Positions 1 through 9,471 are shown, counted from the stretch's first letter. The stretch is DNA of 64,000 nucleotides from Microgenomates group bacterium Gr01-1014_5 (GCA_007376395.1 VMGE01000001.1:25635-89634); one strand, 5' to 3'. A program made the numbers and translations. Notes: generated by a model from the letters alone, not told the origin.

Positions 1-41
1 ACATAGGTACGAGAAATGGATTTACAGGATCTCATTATGTA

Positions 42-284
42 TTGGGGCTAGAAACACGAATGATATCTAGTGGTCCGGAAATAGGTGTTATTATCGATTA
101 TAGTTATGTCCTGGGAGAAGAGGGAAAATATTTAAAACAGAGAGCGATAAATGACCAAAGGCCAAGTAGAGTAACGTACTCTACTGACGTAACACCAACA
201 GAATTGGAAACTATTGGAGCATGGATAAATGCACTTCGACAAAGACTAGCTTCTTTTGAAGAAAAATTACCCACTTCCACTTAA
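42..284 (+). CDS. hypothetical protein
   Basis: 80-aa ORF with no recognised motif; start uncertain. Confidence 0.4.
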   Translation: MGLETRMISSGPEIGVIIDYSYVLGEEGKYLKQRAINDQRPSRVTYSTDVTPTELETIGAWINALRQRLASFEEKLPTST

Positions 285-363
285 AGATTAATTTTTCTTA
301 TAATATTCTTACCTGCCTTTATGTCAAATGAATCTTAAATTACTTTTTACTCTATGGTCATAT

Positions 364-644
364 AAAAAAGAGCTAAAACTCGTTGCTTTTTCTTCGGGAG
401 TAATCTTGAAGGTTAAATAGGTTTCAAAATCCTCCCAGATGGTGCACCTTTTGTGCCCATATAACAAGGAAGACCAAAGGTTTGCACCTCTGGCCTTCCA
501 AACCTCTCGAAACCTTGCGGTTTCTCGAGGTAAACTCTCCCAAGCCTTGCGGCTCGGAGAGAGTGAAGTTCCACTCCGCCTTTCGGCTTCGTGGAACAAA
601 ACCCCGAAGTCATATAGGTTTAAAGCTATAAACCTCAGGATCTA
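364..644 (-). ncRNA. candidate structured ncRNA (about 7 hairpins, 4 with GNRA loops)
   Basis: Consecutive stems with GAAA/GCAA loops at 568-597, 534-564, 502-531, 468-499; G-U pairs only on - strand; upstream sigma70 promoter; small hairpin plus T6 at 364-381. Confidence 0.55.
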
Positions 645-650
645 ACTAGC

Positions 651-679
651 ACTATAACATCCTATTTGCCAAATGTCAA
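651..679 (-). promoter_or_regulatory. sigma70 promoter
   Basis: TTGACA-17bp-TATAGT with extended TG on - strand. Confidence 0.7.
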
Positions 680-699
680 GTATTAGAGGATACGAACAA

Positions 700-744
700 T
701 ATGCGTAACCATACTTGATGCTCGCACGAAAGAGGTTACGCATA
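700..744. repeat. inverted repeat, possible terminator
   Basis: TATGCGTAACC...GGTTACGCATA 11-bp stem downstream of 791..1402. Confidence 0.45.
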
Positions 745-790
745 AATTTTAAATTATAAATTTCAAATTTTAAATTCCAGCGTAGCTGGT

Positions 791-1402
791 CTATTCCATC
801 TGCCCTAAGAATTGGTTCACGCCCGCTGCCCAGCTTCCGGGAGAGCTTGGAGTATACTTCTTCATAATTTGCTCAGGGGTAACATACCCGCGGTCTATAT
901 AATCCTCCTTAAGGCCGCTTGCAACTGTTTCTAAGGCTTCAGGGTAACTATCGAACTTAAGTGTGCCTCTCTCATGAATACCCCACCCCCAGCAGTTGTA
1001 AGAGCTTTCGGGGATTTTTTTACACAGGTTTGATTCCTGTTGCGCAATAGCAACTAAAAGTCTAAAGTCTAGGCCATATTTTTCAGAAACAGCCACAACC
1101 TCTGCTGAATATGGCTCTAAAGGCGATTTATAGTTCGCCAGATACTGCCTGATAATCTCGGCGCGGGCGTCAGCGGCCGTTGCCGCGCCTTGAACCTGAC
1201 CTGTTGAACTTGGCAAGGCGGCATAAACCTGAGTACCGTATTTAGGCGAAGCAAGCGCATTTAAATTATTAGTTTGCGGTTCAATAAGCTCTATAGACTG
1301 CTTTGTATCGTATTTAGAAAGGGCGGAAGAGGTAAAAAGAGTTACAGCTAAGGTTAGCGGTGTTAAAGTGAAAAAGGTAACGATGTAGAGTATGTTGCGC
1401 AT
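791..1402 (-). CDS. membrane-anchored lysozyme-like (glucosaminidase/SLT-like) protein
   Basis: N-terminal hydrophobic segment; LDFRLLVAIAQQES and YNCWGWG motifs. Confidence 0.7.
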   Translation of the reverse strand: MRNILYIVTFFTLTPLTLAVTLFTSSALSKYDTKQSIELIEPQTNNLNALASPKYGTQVYAALPSSTGQVQGAATAADARAEIIRQYLANYKSPLEPYSAEVVAVSEKYGLDFRLLVAIAQQESNLCKKIPESSYNCWGWGIHERGTLKFDSYPEALETVASGLKEDYIDRGYVTPEQIMKKYTPSSPGSWAAGVNQFLGQME

Positions 1403-1478
1403 TTAAGGCATACTGCCTCCATTAAGAATGCCATTTTGATACCTTTAAGTCAAGTTATGTGATAAAATATGCCTGTAA

Positions 1479-1553
1479 GCCTCTATAGCTTAACGGATAA
1501 AGTAACCGTCTTCGGAACGGTTGATGGGGGTTCGATTCCCTCTAGGGGCACCA
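1479..1553 (+). tRNA. tRNA-Arg(TCG)
   Basis: Cloverleaf; ACCGT-CTTCGGA-ACGGT anticodon arm; GTTCGATTC T-arm; CCA encoded. Confidence 0.93.
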
Positions 1554-1734
1554 AGAAAGAATTAGGGTCATGCAATACACTGATTAGCTCGATATAAGGT
1601 ACTAATTTAGGTGTTCCATACTTTAACTCTTGATAGGCGGTTACTTCATCAAATAATATCCCAAAATACTCTGCATTTTTGTAATCACTTCTTTCGCAAT
1701 GTAAATACAAAATTTTCTCTTTCGTTAAGTACAA
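1483..1734 (-). pseudogene. C-terminal relic of a tRNA-targeting serine recombinase
   Basis: YGTPKLVPYIELI...LVPLEGIEP reads antisense into the tRNA 3' end, like the tail of 35706..37286; no catalytic domain. Confidence 0.5.
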
Positions 1735-1930
1735 ACGTACATGCTTTTTAACATTTTATTCATGCTATGTCAATAAAATGTACTGGATGAGTAAATCGGT
1801 GACACTTCCTGGTAATAGGTATCAAGAAACTCTAACCTCTGAATACTTATTTTTACATGATTTGTTTCTATTATATTCTTCTATAATCTTCATTTTTAGA
1901 GCAAGCATCACATGTGATATACTTGGAAGT

Positions 1931-2659
1931 GTGGATCAGGATCGTAAAAGTTTAAGAAAAAAAGCTATTTTACTAAGAAAAGATGGGCTAAGTTACAACG
2001 AAATAAAGAATAAGATTGGTACTTCTAAGAGCACTTTAAGTTATTGGCTTAAGAATGTACCTTTAAGCCTCGAACACAAAAAGCGTTTATATACGAGACA
2101 AATTCAAATTCTATCAATAGGACCCCACAGTCAAAGAGAAAGAAGAAAGATAGAGATAGATAAAATTATCAACGATGCTTCTCTAGAAATTAAATTACCT
2201 ATTAGTCTAGACTCATATCGTTTAGCGGGTGCTTTTTTGTATTGGGCAGAGGGTAGTAAAAAAAGTACGTTGCAAATTACTAATTCTGATCCTTATATCA
2301 TTCTGTTTATGGTAAAGTGGTTAAAAGAAGTATTTAATATTCACCCCAGAAACCTTAAAGCATGGCTAAACATTTACTCCCAACAGAATGATATTAAAAA
2401 CAAAAAGTTTTGGTCAGAGCTTACTGGTATACCATTCGAAAATTTTGGCAAGAGTTATATTAAGCCTCTAAATAAAGGTTATAAAAAGAATAATTTGTAT
2501 TACGGGACAATAAAAATAGCTGTCCCTAAAAGCGTCAATATGAAGCATAGAATTTTTGGGTGGGTAAAAGCGACTCTTGTTGATATTGAATCTGAAACAA
2601 GATTAATTAAACAAAAATGGCAGAGGCTGAGTGGAATAAAAAGACCAATTAATTTATAA
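1931..2659 (+). CDS. HTH plus LAGLIDADG-like endonuclease-fold protein
   Basis: GLSYNEIK...SKSTLSYWL HTH; LAGAFLYWAEGSK...ITNSDP motif; GTG start at 1931 preferred. Confidence 0.7.
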   Translation: MDQDRKSLRKKAILLRKDGLSYNEIKNKIGTSKSTLSYWLKNVPLSLEHKKRLYTRQIQILSIGPHSQRERRKIEIDKIINDASLEIKLPISLDSYRLAGAFLYWAEGSKKSTLQITNSDPYIILFMVKWLKEVFNIHPRNLKAWLNIYSQQNDIKNKKFWSELTGIPFENFGKSYIKPLNKGYKKNNLYYGTIKIAVPKSVNMKHRIFGWVKATLVDIESETRLIKQKWQRLSGIKRPINL

Positions 2660-2679
2660 TATACCTTGCGAGAATCTCT

Positions 2680-2754
2680 GGACCGCTAGCTCAATGGTAG
2701 AGCAACCGGCTCTTAACCGGTAGGTTTTGGGTTCGAATCCCAGGCGGTTCACCA
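2680..2754 (+). tRNA. tRNA-Lys(CTT)
   Basis: Cloverleaf; ACCGG-CTCTTAA-CCGGT; CCA encoded. Confidence 0.95.
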
Positions 2755-2769
2755 AGCATTTAAAATATT

Positions 2770-3039
2770 ATGAGCAAAGAAATTTGGAGAATACGAGGTT
2801 ATGACCAGTTTGAAGGTGAGTATTACAACCTGACTGGTGAATTCGTCAGCGAAGACATTGCCAAAGAAGCGGCTTTAGCTCGATTTAAGCTTTTAGAAAT
2901 CGTTCAACCTCATACCCAAAGTGGTGGTCAGGATGATCTTGGAATACAAGACCGTGTTTTTGTAGTAAGACCAGACGGAACACAATACCGCTTTCTTCCT
3001 GTAGAACCTGAACATTTCGTGAAGCTTCAAACAGACTGA
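2770..3039 (+). CDS. hypothetical protein
   Basis: 89-aa ATG ORF directly after the tRNA. Confidence 0.6.
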   Translation: MSKEIWRIRGYDQFEGEYYNLTGEFVSEDIAKEAALARFKLLEIVQPHTQSGGQDDLGIQDRVFVVRPDGTQYRFLPVEPEHFVKLQTD

Positions 3040-3482
3040 ATCCTGGCTTTTTCTTCTAGTCGGTCTCTCCCCAGACTTATGAGTACATAAGGACTAATAT
3101 CTTGAAATCTTACTCTTGCTCCCCTTGTATTAAGATTTGCTCGCGTACCCTCATCCATCCCGCCCCATAAGGTTTGTGCGCCTTCAGATAAACATCTTAA
3201 TACACAGCCTGCATCCATCTTGGTTGCTGCTGCAAGTTCCCTTAGCGTGATTCCCGTAGTTATATCAAAAGCTACTAGGCGATGTGTTCCATTACTGGTT
3301 CTTTCAGTACCTATTACTACAACCTCAGTGGATTCTAGATTTGGTTTATCTATTCCCTTTGAACCATAAATCGCGTATTGCTGTGTAGGGACGCGAGCAA
3401 GACCGTCTGCGTTTACGACCGTAAAACCTGTTCTGGGTAATGCTTCCGACTCTCTCCTTCTTGCGTACTCCATTTGAGGCAT
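3027..3482 (-). CDS. hypothetical protein
   Basis: 151-aa ORF. Confidence 0.55.
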   Translation of the reverse strand: MPQMEYARRRESEALPRTGFTVVNADGLARVPTQQYAIYGSKGIDKPNLESTEVVVIGTERTSNGTHRLVAFDITTGITLRELAAATKMDAGCVLRCLSEGAQTLWGGMDEGTRANLNTRGARVRFQDISPYVLISLGRDRLEEKARIQSV

Positions 3483-3532
3483 TTTACTAATGTTTTAGCC
3501 TAAAGTCAAAAATTTTAGGTATAATTCTCTTT

Positions 3533-4606
3533 GTGGAAGATATTCAAAAAAGAATAACAGACATTGAAAAGGAAATTCGGGAGACGCCGTATCACAAAGG
3601 TACAGAGCACCACATAGGTCTTTTGCGAGCCCGTCTGTCCAAGCTTAAAGATCAGTTAATCGAATCTGGAACAAAAAAATCTAGTGGAGGCGTCGGTGGA
3701 TTTGCTGTTAAGAAGCAAGGAGACGCAACTGTCGTTTTAGTCGGCTTCCCTTCTGTTGGCAAATCTACCTTACTTAACAAGCTCACAAATGCCAGTTCCC
3801 GCGTTGCCCCGTATTCGTTTACAACAGTAACAGTTATTCCGGGAATGATGCACTTTCAGGGAGCAAGAATACAAATTTTAGATGTTCCCGGACTGATTGA
3901 AGGCGCCTCTAGCGGGAAAGGACGCGGGCGCGAGGTCTTGTCGGTGGTCAGAAGCGCGGATCTTTTATTGATTATGTCGGACGCGAAACATCCAGGTGAT
4001 TTCGAAAAAATAATTTCAGAGCTGGATAAAAATGGAGTTAAAGTAAACGAAGTCAGACCGCAAGTGGAAATTAGAAAAACTTCAACAGGTGGTCTTAGAA
4101 TTAATTTTGCGGCCAAACAAGATATATCGGAAGAAACGATAAAGGATATCTGCCGCGAATTTAGAGTTTCCAACGCTGAAATAATTATCAAAGAAAAATT
4201 AAACATGGAGCGTTTAATCGATGCATTTTCTCTTAACAGAATTTATATTCCCGCGCTTTACATCTTGTCAAAAAGCGACTTGCTGGAAAGCGCTAATATC
4301 CCTGAGGACGCGATTATGATTAGCGCGGAAAAAGAAAAAGGACTAGAAGACTTAAAATACACGGTTTGGGAAAAATTAGGTATGGTTCGTGTATACCTTA
4401 AAGGCAGGGGCGGAATTACGGACTATGAGGATCCGCTGATCGTTAATAAATCATATTCACTAAACGAAGTAATGCTGAAAGTTGGTAATGAATTTGCAGA
4501 AAACAAGAAAGGCGCGAAGATTTGGGGGCCTGGTTCCCGTTTTCCCGGTCAGTCTGTTTCCTTGTCAACGCTGGTTGTAGACCAAATGGAAGTAGAGTTT
4601 GTGTGA
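3533..4606 (+). CDS. DRG-subfamily OBG GTPase with TGS domain
   Basis: TPYHKGTEHHIGLLRARL N-terminus, GFPSVGKST, YSFTT, DVPG, C-terminal TGS-like region. Confidence 0.9.
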   Translation: MEDIQKRITDIEKEIRETPYHKGTEHHIGLLRARLSKLKDQLIESGTKKSSGGVGGFAVKKQGDATVVLVGFPSVGKSTLLNKLTNASSRVAPYSFTTVTVIPGMMHFQGARIQILDVPGLIEGASSGKGRGREVLSVVRSADLLLIMSDAKHPGDFEKIISELDKNGVKVNEVRPQVEIRKTSTGGLRINFAAKQDISEETIKDICREFRVSNAEIIIKEKLNMERLIDAFSLNRIYIPALYILSKSDLLESANIPEDAIMISAEKEKGLEDLKYTVWEKLGMVRVYLKGRGGITDYEDPLIVNKSYSLNEVMLKVGNEFAENKKGAKIWGPGSRFPGQSVSLSTLVVDQMEVEFV

Positions 4607-4658
4607 ATGATATTTTTCCAATCCGGAAAACTTAAGCCTTGGATTATTCCACATGATC

Positions 4659-4934
4659 TTATCTTTTAATTTCTTCTAAAACACGAATTTCATATCGCCA
4701 CGGAGTTCCTACATGCCTAATACCAACATATTTTCTTTCTCCTTTGGTACTTTCAAGTAAAACTAGACTTGTGTCCACATCTGGTATTGGTTTATCTGAC
4801 AAGAACCTATTCTCTAATACAGTAGGGATTCTGGATTCTCCTCCGGAGTAATTCAAAACTACTTTCAATAAATCAACGGATGTATCATCAGATTTTTTAT
4901 ATGGATGTATCTCTATGGATGTCAGTATGCCCAT
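4659..4934 (-). CDS. hypothetical protein, probably the frameshifted 3' part of 5024..5506
   Basis: Frame stays open upstream to ~5099, overlapping the upstream ORF in the -1 frame. Confidence 0.45.
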   Translation of the reverse strand: MGILTSIEIHPYKKSDDTSVDLLKVVLNYSGGESRIPTVLENRFLSDKPIPDVDTSLVLLESTKGERKYVGIRHVGTPWRYEIRVLEEIKR

Positions 4935-5023
4935 TCCTAAAGTACCACCCGGTAATTGGATGGCAGCAGCTCCATCTCTATCCTGAACTTTTCTACTGAT
5001 TTCAGTAAGTTTTCTACCAAAGT

Positions 5024-5506
5024 CTACCTGAGGATAACTAGCTCTCCACCCGCCATGTGAGAAGGTTGTCGGTTCAAACCCAGCGTTGGAGTTTCCTTTT
5101 CAAATTTAGCCTTATCATCTTTCTTTTTTTGAATATTTCTCGCCTGTTCTTCTTCATATCTTTGCCAAGCTTCAGGAGAATAGTTTGCATCATAAAGAGC
5201 TTTTACAACGCTTCCTGCAACAATCAAAGGGACTCCAACGATAAGCCCTTTTTTTGCAGCACCTTTTGCGGCGTTTGTGAAAAACCTTCTCCTGGACAAT
5301 TGATCCTTGAGCTGAGCTACTTCTTCTTGCTGTGCAAGGAGATCCCTTAGGGTAACTAAGTTTCCGCCGAGTTCAACAGATAAAGGAAAAGAAATAAGAT
5401 TGTGATCTTGAAGTGCATTTATTATTCGTGGTCCAAGCTCCCCAACCTCTATACTAGATACTGGTTTAGACTTGAAAGCTTCGGATCTTGATCTTTTCTC
5501 TAACAT
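5024..5506 (-). CDS. hypothetical membrane protein
   Basis: SRRRFF motif followed by a hydrophobic segment. Confidence 0.55.
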   Translation of the reverse strand: MLEKRSRSEAFKSKPVSSIEVGELGPRIINALQDHNLISFPLSVELGGNLVTLRDLLAQQEEVAQLKDQLSRRRFFTNAAKGAAKKGLIVGVPLIVAGSVVKALYDANYSPEAWQRYEEEQARNIQKKKDDKAKFEKETPTLGLNRQPSHMAGGELVILR

Positions 5507-5616
5507 ACGGGATATATAATATCAAAGCTGCGCTCAATCTGCAAACTATGGGGATCACACCTCCTTAAAATATATACTTTGCGTCAAGTGGGTAAGTATG
5601 TGACCTGTACAAAGTA

Positions 5617-5663
5617 TTGACAAAGTCCCCTTTTCTGACTACAATCTGACTATAACCTGACTA
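5617..5663 (+). promoter_or_regulatory. sigma70 promoter overlapped by three 11-bp-period CTGACTA repeats
   Basis: TTGACA(5617)-17-TACAAT(5640); CTGACTA at 5635, 5646, 5657. Confidence 0.7.
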
Positions 5664-5665
5664 AT

Positions 5666-7033
5666 ATGGCTGTAAAGTCTCATAAGTTGGAGTTCGACCC
5701 GCCCTTGCCTCTTGCGACGCTGAAGTCCTACGCCGAGGAAATTTTTACACCGATAAGGCGTGGGGAGTGCGTTTCTACTATTTGGGTTCCTATGGCCGGA
5801 CGCAGGGTGAGAAATAAATTTATTATCTCCTACCCCGAACTTTTTAAAAGTGAAATCGGGAATCAAAACTATCTTCTCGTTTATGTTGAACCGCTAGAAT
5901 TAACAGAAGAGTCACATCTGGGGTTTTTTAAGCTGCTTGCTCAATCAGTAGCTGAGACTTTTCACAACTCTCACTCTGACGAAAAACTTGCCAATCCAAA
6001 AGAATACTACTTTTCTGCCTCAGAATATTCTGATCAACAAACTAGATTAAAGTCCCTTTTGAAAGAAATTATCGCTAAAGGTATAGAGATAGTACTTTTT
6101 ATTGGTGAGTTTGACGAGTTAAATTTTGCCGACTCTGTACTTTACAACAACTTAAAAGCTGTTTGGGCAAGTCTCGCTGGAAAATTACACTTCGTCTTTC
6201 TTTTACAAAAAGACTTAACCAAACCAGAGCATGTAGCCGAGTATGGCGACTTTAATGAAGTACTAATGCAAAACGTTGTTTACGTTCCACTTTTACTAAT
6301 CAACGATATAGATTACTTGTTAGATTATTTTTCCAAAGAACTCTCGAGAGAATTTTCGCCAGAAGAAAGGAACTTAATTATTGAAGTTTGCGGTGGACAC
6401 CCTTTTCTCATTAAGGCTTGTACCCGCATCATCGCGTTTTTAAACGGTAACAAGATAAGCACTGAGGAGCTAAGAGAGCTCTTGATCTCTCACTACGAAC
6501 CGCGTTCTGCGTGTCAAAGGTTTTTTGATTTGCTGTCACAAGAAGAACAGCAAGAGTTAAAGAAAATAGTTAGTGATAAAGTTACAGATCTTCCGAGCGT
6601 GCTTAAAGTTTTAATGAAACTTGGTCTCGTTGTCAAAAACGGTGATTACTGGATGCCTTTTGGTCAACTTTTTGAATCTGCTATTAAATCCTTGAGTCAG
6701 GATAACTCTGTGCAGGTGGAAGCATCAAGCGGCCTTACCTTCCAAGAAAAAAACGGTGCAATTTTTATTGCGGGTAAAAACGTTGAAGACAAGTTTACGC
6801 GGCAAGAGTACGAAGTATTACGCTTTTTGCTATCAGATCCTGAAAAATTACGTTCGAGGGACGAAATAGGAGAGGCGATGTGGGGAAAGCTGGCGTATGA
6901 CAAATACTCTGACTGGGCAATAGATCAGGCAATGAGTAAAATCCGCAAAAAATTAAAAAAATTAGGAGCGGACAAATATTTAATAACAGTTCGCGGTAGG
7001 GGGTATAAATTAGCTACTTTTTCGGAAAGTTAA
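5666..7033 (+). CDS. AAA/STAND-like NTPase fused to OmpR/PhoB-type winged helix
   Basis: Degenerate Walker A (WVPMAGRR), FIGEFD, GGHPFL; C-terminal FTRQEYEVL...ITVRGRGY. Confidence 0.8.
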   Translation: MAVKSHKLEFDPPLPLATLKSYAEEIFTPIRRGECVSTIWVPMAGRRVRNKFIISYPELFKSEIGNQNYLLVYVEPLELTEESHLGFFKLLAQSVAETFHNSHSDEKLANPKEYYFSASEYSDQQTRLKSLLKEIIAKGIEIVLFIGEFDELNFADSVLYNNLKAVWASLAGKLHFVFLLQKDLTKPEHVAEYGDFNEVLMQNVVYVPLLLINDIDYLLDYFSKELSREFSPEERNLIIEVCGGHPFLIKACTRIIAFLNGNKISTEELRELLISHYEPRSACQRFFDLLSQEEQQELKKIVSDKVTDLPSVLKVLMKLGLVVKNGDYWMPFGQLFESAIKSLSQDNSVQVEASSGLTFQEKNGAIFIAGKNVEDKFTRQEYEVLRFLLSDPEKLRSRDEIGEAMWGKLAYDKYSDWAIDQAMSKIRKKLKKLGADKYLITVRGRGYKLATFSES

Positions 7034-9225
7034 GCCGCGATTGTATGTAGATGTCTCCTCATCTCTTCTAAAGAGTTCTGGTAAATTTGATTAACACTAA
7101 AGTAATGTTGAGGAGGTGGAAGATCGCGGCGAGCCCTTTCTGCTTCAAGACTCCAGTGTTTCTTAAAATAGAAATGCCATCCTGGAGAAACATGACTACT
7201 GCTTCCCGTTGAGTGGAGTTCGTTAATGGCCGCCGTTGAGCTCGAGAAAGGTGTTCCCGGAGTCAGAATTATATTTTCTAAACCAGTTTCTGCTTGTAAG
7301 TGCCCTAGATTTTTAAGGGCTCGCTCCAGGTGCCCTCTTCTAACGACAGCGATTCCGCCATCTTCTTTCACTCTTCTGGGTTGTTGCGCTCTTGGAGCAA
7401 GTTTTCCAGTTTTAGCATCCCATTTTATACCATCCGGCCCGAAGAGATAGGTGTGAGATATTTGTACAACTGCCCTCCGCTGGGCTTTTCTTAAATCAGT
7501 AACGACCTTACTCCTTAGCACATTTATCGTTTCTTCTACTCTGTCTTCGAGACTTAAAGGAATCATTGGATCCGGCTGTAGTAAAGTGGTTACCATAACC
7601 TTTGTTTTATCAATTCTTCCAGCGGTAAGCTCAAAACAGATAGAAGATACTCTTTCATCAATTCGACCTACCCTAGAGGGAATTTTTGGATAATTAGGTA
7701 TACCTGATGCGTCTAACATTGGAACAATAAGTATCATTCTGTAAATCGGCCTACCTTGCTCATCGCATTGCGGTAGGGTTTTCATATGTTCTAGTCGAAT
7801 TTCGATTAAATCCCTATGTCCCCTCGTACATGGTCCTAGGGTTCCAGTTAACACATCTACCTGCATTCTGTATGTTTCAGGAGTTAATATTTTTGCATAA
7901 TCTTGTTCTCCTGCATCAAGCCATTTTTCTTCACTAAATCTGTCATATAGTTTTCTTGTAGCCTCGGCGTCTGCTATTAACCCGCAAGCTTTTGCTTCTT
8001 CTATAAAGGCATCCTGAAGTTCAGGATAATCCTTTAATTTTGCAACAAGCGGACCCACATCTCCTATTCCGATTGATTCAGCCATTTTGACTAAACCTTT
8101 GGAGGTGCGATATATATCCCCGCGTTCTCTTACAAGTCTTGCCGCAAGAGTAGCAAAGTCGCCGGGTTTTGGTATAAGAGCCTCTTCTCTAGCAGTGAAT
8201 ATTGAAGTCTGGTGGGCTTCACTATATACCTCGCCATATCTAAGCTCAAGAGTTGCTGCAAGCTCTATAAACCCATCCCGAATATCTGTATTTTTATATG
8301 CGCTGTGAAGTTTCAAGGCAATATCTCTTATACATCTGCGCAGAGAGAAAAAGGTATTAAAAATAAACTCTTTATCTCTTCCTTGAACCACAGGAGGTTT
8401 ATAGAGATCGAGATGGGTTTGCGAATCCAGAAAGGAAGTAAAATTAATTAATACTTTAAGAAAACCCAAGGCGTCTCTGGCTCCATTTTCCGTTCTACAT
8501 TGTCGAATAACCCATTCTTTTAGAATTACTTCAGACTCCTCGTGCTTTAAAGACTGTAGAGTGTCGAGGAGCTGTTCCGGTACAACACCTCCATAATTTA
8601 CTTGATTTTGAATATCTGTAGTTTTTGTTTTAACAACAAGCCCGGTTATACTTAACTCAATTGGATCTATTAGTTGAGCAGTTACAGAATCAGGTTCGCT
8701 AAGAATGATATTAGTCATGACCTCATCAAGTGTTTTAGCTGACAATATCTCAGCAGGAGGGGCTGGTTGTGAATACCACTCAGATGGAGTATCTTTTCGC
8801 TTGGGATGAAGGGCAATTGCTAATAATTGGTCTGCTATATCTGGAACAGCAGATCTTTTTTCAAGTTTATTGCAACAGGGTAAATCACGCAATTTACCTC
8901 CAAGCCACCAAGCATACGGATTTTTATCAGGTCTCCTTTTATGGTTTGTAGCAACATCTTCTTCTATTTGTTCACGAGAGGGTTTTTCGCAGGCATCGAG
9001 AAGTCTGACAACTTCAGGTCCAGGTATAACGAATGTACCTATTTTTAAAGGTCTTTCAGAGTGTGCTCTATCGTCAAGAAATTGAATGAGCTTATCGCTC
9101 CAGGTTTCCCGAATATTTAGTTGCGGACGCTGTTCCCTTCGATGTGACCTTCGGGCGAGATATCCTACATTCTCGTGGCCTTCAAGAACAAGACTTCTGG
9201 GTTCTCTATCAAATCGCGGCGACAT
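7030..9225 (-). CDS. large protein with C-terminal HIGH-like nucleotidyltransferase (NadD/CoaD-like) domain
   Basis: VDVLTGTLGPCTRGH and FSSSTAA motifs; ATG at 9225 preferred. Confidence 0.6.
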   Translation of the reverse strand: MSPRFDREPRSLVLEGHENVGYLARRSHRREQRPQLNIRETWSDKLIQFLDDRAHSERPLKIGTFVIPGPEVVRLLDACEKPSREQIEEDVATNHKRRPDKNPYAWWLGGKLRDLPCCNKLEKRSAVPDIADQLLAIALHPKRKDTPSEWYSQPAPPAEILSAKTLDEVMTNIILSEPDSVTAQLIDPIELSITGLVVKTKTTDIQNQVNYGGVVPEQLLDTLQSLKHEESEVILKEWVIRQCRTENGARDALGFLKVLINFTSFLDSQTHLDLYKPPVVQGRDKEFIFNTFFSLRRCIRDIALKLHSAYKNTDIRDGFIELAATLELRYGEVYSEAHQTSIFTAREEALIPKPGDFATLAARLVRERGDIYRTSKGLVKMAESIGIGDVGPLVAKLKDYPELQDAFIEEAKACGLIADAEATRKLYDRFSEEKWLDAGEQDYAKILTPETYRMQVDVLTGTLGPCTRGHRDLIEIRLEHMKTLPQCDEQGRPIYRMILIVPMLDASGIPNYPKIPSRVGRIDERVSSICFELTAGRIDKTKVMVTTLLQPDPMIPLSLEDRVEETINVLRSKVVTDLRKAQRRAVVQISHTYLFGPDGIKWDAKTGKLAPRAQQPRRVKEDGGIAVVRRGHLERALKNLGHLQAETGLENIILTPGTPFSSSTAAINELHSTGSSSHVSPGWHFYFKKHWSLEAERARRDLPPPQHYFSVNQIYQNSLEEMRRHLHTIAA

Positions 9226-9330
9226 AAAGTTTTGGGTAGGAGATATTAAAAAGGCCTCCAAGAGGAGTCCTTTTAAAGTTGCCTTATTGTACTCGGATAT
9301 AGGGTGTAATTCAACTTTTACAAGCTTTCT

Positions 9331-9385
9331 TTGGTCAGACTTCTAGGCATGACTAGTTAGATTGAGGTGAGATACAGCTCAAGTA
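9331..9385 (+). repeat. direct repeat copy 1 (putative operator)
   Basis: 9356-9385 matches 10089-10118 at 27/30; TTGGTCAG/TTAGTCAG at the same offset. Confidence 0.7.
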
Positions 9386-9471
9386 TGTGTACTTTATGTA
9401 GGCTATGATTTGTTTATTCCTAAAAAAAGAAAGAAGAAATACTAAAATGATATCTAGATCGCCGCCATAAA

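Noticed and set aside
468-597. CRISPR array (hairpins at ~33-nt period)
   Set aside because: Units differ in sequence, there are no spacers, and no cas1/cas2 is in the window
324-645. ORFs 324..599, 413..613 and 439..645
   Set aside because: They overlap each other across the structured RNA and show no protein motifs
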